Source: the human T2T-CHM13v2.0 reference genome, Homo sapiens
Length of the DNA stretch: 64,000 bases
Reading direction: 5' to 3' (one strand)
Assembly: GCF_009914755.1 (NCBI RefSeq)
Contig: NC_060926.1
The position numbers and the translations under genes were made by a program. The notes beneath the pieces were generated by a model. The model was not told the DNA's origin. It saw only the letters and a list, made by a program, of their open reading frames with translations, and searched no databases. Position 1 is the first letter of the stretch. Every line of letters starts with the position of its first letter. Below, piece by piece: positions 55,016 to 64,000 of this stretch.

Positions 55016-58000
55016 TACAAATATTTATAAATTTATTTCTATAAAATGTCAACTTTTATTTTAGAAAAAAAGGTTTTCTACATGGTTTTTTACATGGAAA
55101 CATTTTATGATGCTGAGGTTTGGGGGTATGAATCCTGTCACCCCGGGAGTGAGCATAGCACTTGATAGGTAGTATTTCAGCCTGCATTTGTTCATGTTTG
55201 TTGGCTGCTTGTATGTCTTTTGAGAAGTGTCTGTTCATGTCCTTTGCTCATTTTTTAATGTGGTTATTTGGTTTTTGCTTGTAGGTTTATATAAGTTTCC
55301 TTTAGATTCTGGATATTGAGCCTTTGTCAGATGCATAGTTTGTGAATATCTTTTCCCATTCTGTAAATTGTCTGTTTATTGATAGTTGCTTTTGCTGTGC
55401 AGAAGCTCTTTAGTTTAATTAGGTCCCACTTGTCAATTTTTGGTTTTGCCGCAATTGTTTTTGCGGAGTTAGCCAATAATTCTTTGGCAGGGCTGATGCC
55501 AAGAAGATAATTTCCTAGGTTGTCTTCCGGGATTTTTAGTTTGAGGTCTTACATTCAAATCTTTGATCTATTTTTAATTAATTTTTGTATACGGTGAATG
55601 AGAGGAGTCAAGCTTCAATCTTCTGCATGTTGCTAGCCAGTTATCCCAGCATCATTTACCGAATGGAGAGTCCTTTCCCCATTGCTTGTTTTTGTTGGCC
55701 TTGTTGAAGTTCACATGATAGGCTTGTAGTTTTATCTCTGAGTTTTCTATTCTGTTTCATTGGTCTATGTGACTGTTTTTGTACTAGCACCATGCTCTCT
55801 GGGTTGCTTGAGCGTTATAGTATAGTTTGAAGTCAGGTAATGTGATGCCTTTGGCTTTGTTCCTTTTGCTTAAGATTGCTTTTTCTATTCAAACTGTTTT
55901 TTGGTTCCATATACATTTTAGAATAGTTCTTTCTAATTATGTGAAGAAAGATGGTAGTTTGATAGAAATAGTGTTGAATCTGTAGATTGCTTTGTGTAGT
56001 ATGGTCATTTTTAAGATATTAATACTTCTAATTCATGAGCGTGGAATGTTTTTCAAATTATTTGTGTTATCTCTGATTTTTTTCAACAGTGTTTTTTAGT
56101 TCTCCTTGTAGAGATCTTTCACCTTCTTTGCTGTATTTCTAGGTATTTCATTTTGTTTATGGCTACTGAAAGTGGGATTGTGTTCTTAATTTGCCTCTCA
56201 GCCTGGATGTAATTGGTGTACAGGAATATTACTGATTTTTGTAAGTTGGTTTTGTATTTTGAAACATGTTATTTATCAGTTCTAGGAAACTTTTGACAGA
56301 GTCTTTAGGATTTTCTAGGTATAGAATCATATCATCAGTAAAGACAGATACTTTGGCTTCTTTTTTCCTGTTTGGATGCTTTTATTTCTTTCTCTTGCCT
56401 GATTGCCCTTGCTAGGACTTTCATTACTATGACAAATAGGAATGTTGACAGGGGGCATCCCCTTGTCTTGTTCCAGTTCTCAAGGGGAGTGGTTCGAGCT
56501 TTGGTCCATTCAGTATAATGTTGGCTGTAGGTTTGTCATAGATGGCTCTTACTATTTTGAGTTATGTTCCTTCAATGACTAGTCTATTGAGAGTTTTTAT
56601 CACAAAGAGATGTTGGATTTTGTTGAACGCTTTTTTCTGCATCTATTAAGATTGTCATATGATTTTTGCTTTTGAATCTGTTTATATGCTAAATCACATT
56701 TATTGAATCGCATATGTTGAACCAACCTTGCATCCCTGGAATAAAGCCTACTTGATTGTGATATATTAACTTTTTAATGTGGTGCTGAATTTGGATTGCT
56801 AATATTTTGTTGATAATTTTGGTGTCTATGTTCACTAAAGATATTGGCCTAAAATTTTCTTTTTTCATTGTATCTCTGCCAGATTTTGGTATCAGATGGA
56901 AGTTAGCTTCATAAAATGCGTTAGGGAGGAGCCCTTCCTCCTCAATGTTTTGGAATACTTTCAGTAGTATTGGTATTAGTTCTTCTTTGTAGGTCTGGTA
57001 GAATTTTGCTGTGAATCCATCTGGTCCAGGGCATTTTTCGGTTGATAGATTCTTTATTACTGATTCAATTTTAGGTGTTGATATTGGTGTATTTAAGGTT
57101 TTAATCTCTCCCTGATTCTATCTTGGGATACTGTGTGCTTCCAGAAATTTACCTATTTTATCTAGATTTTCTAATTTGTGTGGAAAGCATTCTTCATAAT
57201 AGTCTCTGAGGATCTTTGTATTTCAGTGGGATCAGTTGTAAGACTGATTTTATTATTTCTGATTGTGCTTATTTGGGTCTTCTCTTCCTTTTCCTTTGTT
57301 AATCTAGCTAGGGGTTATCAATTTATTATTTTAAATAAACAACTTTTGTGTTTTATTGCTTTTGTTGTATGGGTTTTTGCATTTCAATTCCATTCAGTTC
57401 TCTAATTTTAGCTCTCTTTTCTTCTGCTAGCTTTGGGGTGGTTTGTTCTTTTTCTTTCTAGGTGCAAAGTTGAAGTATTAATTTGAGATCTTTCTAACTT
57501 CTTGATGAAGGTAATTAGGGCTATAAGCTTTCATCTTAACACAGCTTTTGCTGTATACAATGATTTTGGTAAGTTGTGTCCCTATTTTCATTAATTTCAA
57601 AGAATTTTTTGATTTTTATCTTAGTTTCAATCTTTACCCAATAATTATTCAAGAGTAAATTGTTTAATTTCTATGTATTTGTGTAGTTTTCAGAGATCTT
57701 CTTGATATTAGTTTCTATCTTTATTTCACTGTGATCTGAGAGTGCGCTTGGTATAATTTTGATTTTTTTGAACTTACCAAGACTTGCTTTCTGACCTAGT
57801 ATATGGTTGATCTTGGAATATTTTCTGTGGGTAGGTGAGAAGAATGTGTATTCTGTCATTGTCAGGTGTAGTGTTCTGTAGATGTCTCCCAGGTTCATTT
57901 GACCAAATGTTGGGTTTAAGTCCTGAGTCTCTTTGTTAGTTTTCTGCCTTGATGATTTGTCTAATGCTGTCAGTGGGGCTGTTTATGTCTTCCACTCTTA

Positions 58001-59651
58001 CTTGTGTGAATCTCTAAGTATTTTTATAGGTTAAGAGGGATTTGTTTTATGAATCTGAATGCTTCAATGTTGGGTACATATATATTTAGGATAATTATAT
58101 CTTCTTGTTGTATTGTACCCTTTATCATTATGCAATGTCCTTTTTTGTCCTCCTTAATTGTTAAAGGTTTAATGTCTATTTTGTGCGATATAAGAATAGC
58201 AACTTCTCTTTTTTGTTTTCCATTTGCATGGTAGAACTTTCTCCAACTCATTACTTTCAGCCTGTGGGTGTCATTATGTGCGAGATGGTCTGTTGAAGAC
58301 AGCAGACAGTTGAGTCTTTCTTTTATGCAGCTTTCCATTCTGTGTCTTTTAAGTGGTGTATTTAGCCCATTTACATTAAGGATTAGTATTGATTTGTGAG
58401 ATTTTAGTCCTGCCATTGTGTTTTTAGTTGATTGTAATGTAAACCTGGTTGTGTAATTGCTTTTTAGTGTCTGTAGGCTGTGTGTGTGAGTATTTGTGGT
58501 AACAGGTGTTCTTTCAATTCCATATTTAGCACTCTCTTAAGGATCTCTTGTGAGAAAGATCTAGTTGATTCAGGTTTCCTGAACTTTTGCTTGTCTGGGA
58601 GAATTTTATTTCTCCTTCAGTTGTGAAGCATAGTTTATTGGGGTATGAAATTCTTGGTTAGAATTTCTTTCCTTTAAGGACGCAGAAAATCAACTCTGAA
58701 TCTCTTCTGGCTTGTAAGGTTTCTGCTGAGAACTCTGCTGCCAGCCTGATGGGAGTCCCTCTGTATGTAACCTGACCTTTCTCTTTAGCTGCCTTTAAGA
58801 TTTTTTCTTTTGCATTAATCTTAGTGAATTTAATAACTATGTGCTTCGGGGATGGTCATCTTGTATAGTATATAGCTGGGGTTCTCTGCATTACTTGAAC
58901 TTTCATGTCAACCTCTCTAGCAAAATTGGAGAACTTTTCATGGACTATATCCTCAAATATATTTTCTAAGTTGCTTATTCTCTCTCCTCTCTTAGGAATG
59001 CCAATCAGTTGTAGATTTCATCTCTTTATACAATCCAGTATTTCTCAGAAGTTTTGTTCATTTTTTTAGTTCTTTTTTCTTTACTTTTTCTCACTGAGTG
59101 GATTCTGAGAACCAATCTTTGAGCTCTAGGATTATTTCCTCAGCTTGGTCTATTCTGCTGTTAATCTTTCGATAGTATTATGAAATTATTGTATGAATTA
59201 TTCAACTTGATGAGGTCAGTTTGAGTCTTTCTTAAAATGGCTATTTCACCTTTCAGCTCTTGAGTTGTTTTACTGGATTGCTTGGCTTTCTTGGATTGAA
59301 TTTCTACTTTCTCATGGATCTCAATGAGCTTCCTTGCCATCCAGATTCTAAATTCCATGTCTGTCATTTCAGTCATTTCAGATTGGTTAACAACTATTGC
59401 TAGAGGACTAGTATTCTTGTTTGGAGGTAAGGGTAACCTCTGGCTTTTTGAATTGATAGAGTTCTTGCACTATTTTTTTTTTTCTCATCTGGTAGTGTCA
59501 GTGTTCCTTTAGCTGTGGTTTAAATTGAATATAGTCAGTTGGTTTCATTTCTGAAAGTTTTCAGAGGACTTAGGCTCTGTACAGGGTGTTTCTTGTAGAA
59601 TTTTTGACCTTGGCCTTGCAGGAGAGAGAATTAGCAATGTTTTTTTGTCTG

Positions 59652-59692
<41 letters not shown>

Positions 59693-60885
59693 GTATTGTT
59701 GTTTAGGATGTGGTCCAATAGATGGTGCTTAAGAGCAATGGGTGGTAAATAAGCTCTTACTCAGCCACTTGGCTCTTTTGTGTATCCTTGGATTTATTTG
59801 CAGCTGTGCTCTGTGGTGCCAGGGGGAAAGTAGTGAGTCCTCAATAGGTTCATTCCTGGGCCTTGGGGAAGTCACTTCCAATCATTGGTATTGTGTCCAT
59901 GATTTTGTTGTTGTTGTTAGGTGTTTTAGGCTGCAGGGCTCCCTTCAGCAGAGATCTGGAAGTGACATATGCCCCATGTTTACCAGACTAGCCTTGTGTA
60001 GCAAGGCATGCCTAGTTCTCCCAACAGCCTGTGAACCTCTGTGACTCACCTCTCTCAGTTTTCTGAGAGTGTGGGCTCCTCCCCAGCTCATGTGCCAGGC
60101 ATATATCCTGGCTTAGCATTTCCAAGTCCTGGGGTACCAACACCTGCTCATGCCTCCCTCCTCTGGACCATTGGGGTTGGGTTCCCTGTGCCCTGGGTGA
60201 ACTGAATTGTCTCCCAGCCTGCTGGAATTCACTCAGGTGTAGCAAAGCACCCTGGCTGGGCAGCAGAGGCTGCACTGAGTACACACTGCTATTGGGGTAG
60301 CCCAGCAGGAGCCCTGGGAGGGGCTGGTGGGTAGATGGGCCCACAGGACAGGCATTCCCCAGTCCCATTGGGAAATTGTCCCTGATTCTCCTGGTCCTGT
60401 GGTTATCAGTGGCCAGAGCCTCTCAGAGAGAACTGGGGGGCCGTGGGGAATGAGTCCCTATGGCCAGCCTTTACCACAGCTGTGCCATAAACAAAGGCCC
60501 CCAGCTCCACACCTGTTGAAGCTCCATCTCTGTCAAATCTCCAGGAAGATCCCCTTGCCAGCTTAAACATCCATGGTGGGTTTCGGTCTCCTGCAACTAA
60601 GATTCCAGAGGTCCCAGCAAGTGTGAGCCGTCTTCCAGTTTCTTTACTCACTCATTCCCCAGGAGCTATTTGAGGCTGGGAGCCAGCACTAGCATTTGAG
60701 CACCCTGAATGGGGTTTTCAGCTTTCTCACTCTTCAGTTTCAGCATTTGCAGCTTCTCTCCATACGAATTTGTCATTTTCTCTCTGAAGATCTGTTCAAA
60801 CTATGTTGGTTTAATCAAAATCCTGGTCCCTCTCATTGGGAGCAGCACTTCCTGGTTGCAACAAGTTGGTTATCTTTTCCCCTAC
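55016..60885 (-). mobile_element. Near full-length L1PA15/16-like element nested in the L1MA
   Basis: 3' end tgatgctgaggtttgggg...gtgagcatag; ORF2 start MAGLKSHKSILILNVNGLN (58416); ORF1 remnant MTEMTDMEFRIWMARKL; 5' terminus near 60880 resembling AAGATGGCC..CAGGAAGTGC. Confidence 0.85.
59655..59688. repeat. (TG)n microsatellite
   Basis: Directly visible. Confidence 0.95.
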
Positions 60886-63800
60886 TCTTGTGATACATTT
60901 TGAAGTCAGGTGATGTGCTGCCTCCAGACTTACGCTTTTTGCTTAAGATTGCTTTGGCTATTCAGGCACTTTTTTGGATTCATGTACATTTTAGGATTTT
61001 TTTCTTTTAATTCTTTGAAGAATAACCTTTGTATTTTGATAGAGATTGCATTGAATCTACACGTTGCTCTGAGCAATACAGCCATTTTAATGATATTCTT
61101 CCAATTCATGACCATGTGATGTTTTTCTATTTGTGTCCTCTTCAATTTCTTTCGTCAGTGTTTTGTAGTTTTGCTTGTAGAGATCTTTCACCTTTTTGGA
61201 TAAATTTATTCCTAGGTATTTTATTTTATTTTTTCTTATCTTAGTTTATTGTTGTAGCTACTGTAATGGGATTGCTTTCTTGATTTCTTTCTTAGCTACA
61301 TCATTATTGCTTTATAAAACTGCTACTGATTTTTGTATGTTTATTTTATATCCTGCAACTTTACTACATTTATTTATAAAAAGTTTCTTGGTGTAGCCTT
61401 GAGGTATTTCTAGGTATAAGAACACATCATCAGCAAATAGGGACAATTTTACTTCCTCTTTTCGAATTTGGAAGCCTTTTACTTCTTTCTCTTTCCTGAT
61501 TGCTCTGGCTAGGACTTCCTATGTTGAATAGGAGTGGTGATATTATAGGGAAATCTTTTTCGGGTTTTTAGAGAAAAGGGTCTCAGCTTTTCTCCATTCA
61601 GCATGATGTTAGTCATGGGTGTGTTGTATATGTCCTTTATAATTTTGAGGTATGTTTCTTCTATGCCTAGTTTGTTGAGAGTTTTTATCATGAAGATATG
61701 CTGAATTTTACCAAATACTTTGTCTTTATTGAAAAGATCATATGGTTTTTGTTGATTTTTAAATTTTTTAAAAAATCCCCCTTGATCCTGGTGTAATATC
61801 TTTTTGATGTGCTGTTGGAGTTAGTTTGCTAGTATTTTGTGGGGAAACTTTGCATCTATGTTCATCAAGGATTTTGGCCCATAGTTTTCAGGGTTTTTGT
61901 TGTTGTGGTTGTGGTTGGGTCCTTTTTTGGTTTTACTATCAGGGTGATGCTAGCCTAATACAATGAATTACGGAGAATTTCCTCCACTTACCTTTTTAAA
62001 AATGGTTTCAGCGGAAATGATATTAGCTCTTCTTTGTAAGTTTGGTAGATTTGGCCATTAAACCATCTAATTCTGAGCTTTTCTTTTTGGGGAGATATTT
62101 TATGATTGATTCAATCTTACTACTCATTTTTCATCTGTTTGTGTTTTTTATTTCTTCCTGACTCAGTCTTGATAGGTTGTATGTGTCCAGAAATTTGTCC
62201 ATTTTCTCTAGGTTTCCCAGTTTGTCACCGTATAGTTTTTCAGAATAGTCTCTGATGACCTTTCGTATTTCTGTGGTATCAGTTATAATGTCTCCTTTTT
62301 CATCTTGATTTTGTTTACTTGGATCTTCTCTCTTGGTTAGCCTGCCTAGTGGTTTATCAATTTTGTTTATCTTTTTGAAGAACTTTTTGTTTCATTAATC
62401 TTTTGTGTTTTTTTTTTTTGTTTTTTTTTTTTGCCACTGTTTTGGTAATCCTGCCTTGATCTTTATTATTTCTTTCCTACTGCTTATTTTGGGTTTGGTT
62501 TGCTTTTGCATTTCTAGTTCCTTAAGATACGTTGTTAGTTTGTTAATTTGTAATCTTTCTACTATTTTGAAGTAGACGTTTATTGCTATAAGCTACTTTT
62601 TGCTATATCCACAGGTTTTAATATATTTTATTTTCATTTGTATTTGTTTCAAGAAAATGTTTGATTTCCATCTTAATTTATTTGTTCACTCAGTGGTCAT
62701 TCAGCATCATGTTTTTTAATTTCCATGAGTTTGTATAGTTTCCAACATTTTTCTTAGTATCAGTTTCTGCTTTTATTCTGCTGTGATCTAAGAACATACT
62801 AGATATTTCTACTTTTTAAAACTTGTCGAGGCTCACTTTGTGTCCTAACGTGTAGTCTATCTTGGACAATGTTCCATGTCCTGTTAGAAAAAAATGTATA
62901 CTCCACAGTTGTTGTATAAAATGTTCTGTACATGTGTGTTAGATCCATTTTGTGTAAAGTCTGTTTTAAATAGGTTTTCTGTATATAATCTGTCTAATAC
63001 TGAGAGTGGGGTGTTTTAATTTCCCCACTATTATAGTATTGCAGCCTGTCTCTCTCTTTTGATCTGGTAATATTTGCATTATGAATCTTGGACCCTCAGT
63101 GTTAGGTGCATGTATGTTTGGAATTATTATATCATCTTGCAGGATTGATATTATGTAATGAACTTTCTTATCTTTTATAACTGTTCTTAAAATCTATTTT
63201 ATCTGATGTAAGTATGTCAACTCCTGCTCACTTTGATTTATGTTTTCATGGAATATCTTTTTCATCCCTTCACTTTCAGTCTATATGTGCCTTTAATGAT
63301 AAGGTGATTTTCCCATAAGTAGCATATAGTTACATCATGTTTTCTTTTTAAAATCTATTCACTGATTCTATAATTTTTAAGTGGAGAGTTTAATCTGTTA
63401 ACATTCAAGGTTATTATTAATATGTGAGGCTTTGTTCTTGTCATATTGTATTATTGCTTCTGGTTGTTGTACATATTCTTTTTTTCTTTCTTTTAGTGTT
63501 TGTCATTGTGGTCTCGTGGATTTCTGCAGTGTTACTACTTAAGTCCTTTCTCTTTCTTTTTGTGTGATTGCTTTACCAATGTGTTTTATATTTTCATGTG
63601 TTTTAATGATGGCAAATGTCATCATTTTAGTTCCAAGTTTAGGACACCCTTATGCTTTTCCTTAAGTCAGGTCTATTGGAAACAAATTTTCTTGGCATTT
63701 GCTTGCCTGGAAAAGACTTTTGTTCTTGTTTATTTATGAAGAATAATTTTGCTGGATGTAGTAGTCTTTGCTCACAGATAATTTTTTCAGCCCTTTGAAT

Positions 63801-64000
63801 ATATAATCTCATTCTCTTTTGGCCTGTAAGAGTTCTGCTGAAAAATCCACTTAATCTAATGGGTTTTCCTTTAAAGGTGACTAGATTCTTTTCTTGTTCT
63901 GTTTTTTAATGTTCATTCTTTGTCTTTGACTTTAGAGAAAAGACCCTCTTGCATTGTAACTGGGAATCATTGTTCCTCTGATATCTGAATATCTATGTCT
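60886..64000 (-). mobile_element. Continuation of the host L1MA (ORF2 towards ORF1), running off the window edge
   Basis: ORFs [22 protein letters not shown] and [22 protein letters not shown]. Confidence 0.88.

Overview
Hominoid (human-like) nuclear DNA: AT-rich, CpG-poor and dominated by repeats, with no supportable host protein-coding exon. The main element is a complete ~6.1 kb minus-strand HERV-H provirus (8828-14908). It has two 453-bp LTR7s about 5% diverged, a GTAGC target-site duplication (TSD), a tRNA-His primer-binding site, defective gag/pro/pol, and an ESRG-like leader ORF split by a 10-bp duplication. Other elements: an AluY split by a 5'-inverted (twin-primed) L1PA3-like element, a solo MLT2A2 LTR, an LTR-less HERV-L pol fragment fused to an L1, a truncated THE1, several MaLR/ERV LTRs, a near full-length L1PA15/16-like element nested in an older L1MA, Alus, MIR/L2 relics and DNA transposons. 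The most unusual signal is recurrent local copy-paste. At least two short inserts (3696-3836 and 19480-19570) are stuttered copies of sequence 1.2-1.4 kb away, and the orphan HERV-L fragment may be a third, copied from a neighbouring provirus that later collapsed to a solo LTR. Family names come from recalled consensus sequences, not from a database search, so subfamily calls need RepeatMasker/Dfam confirmation.
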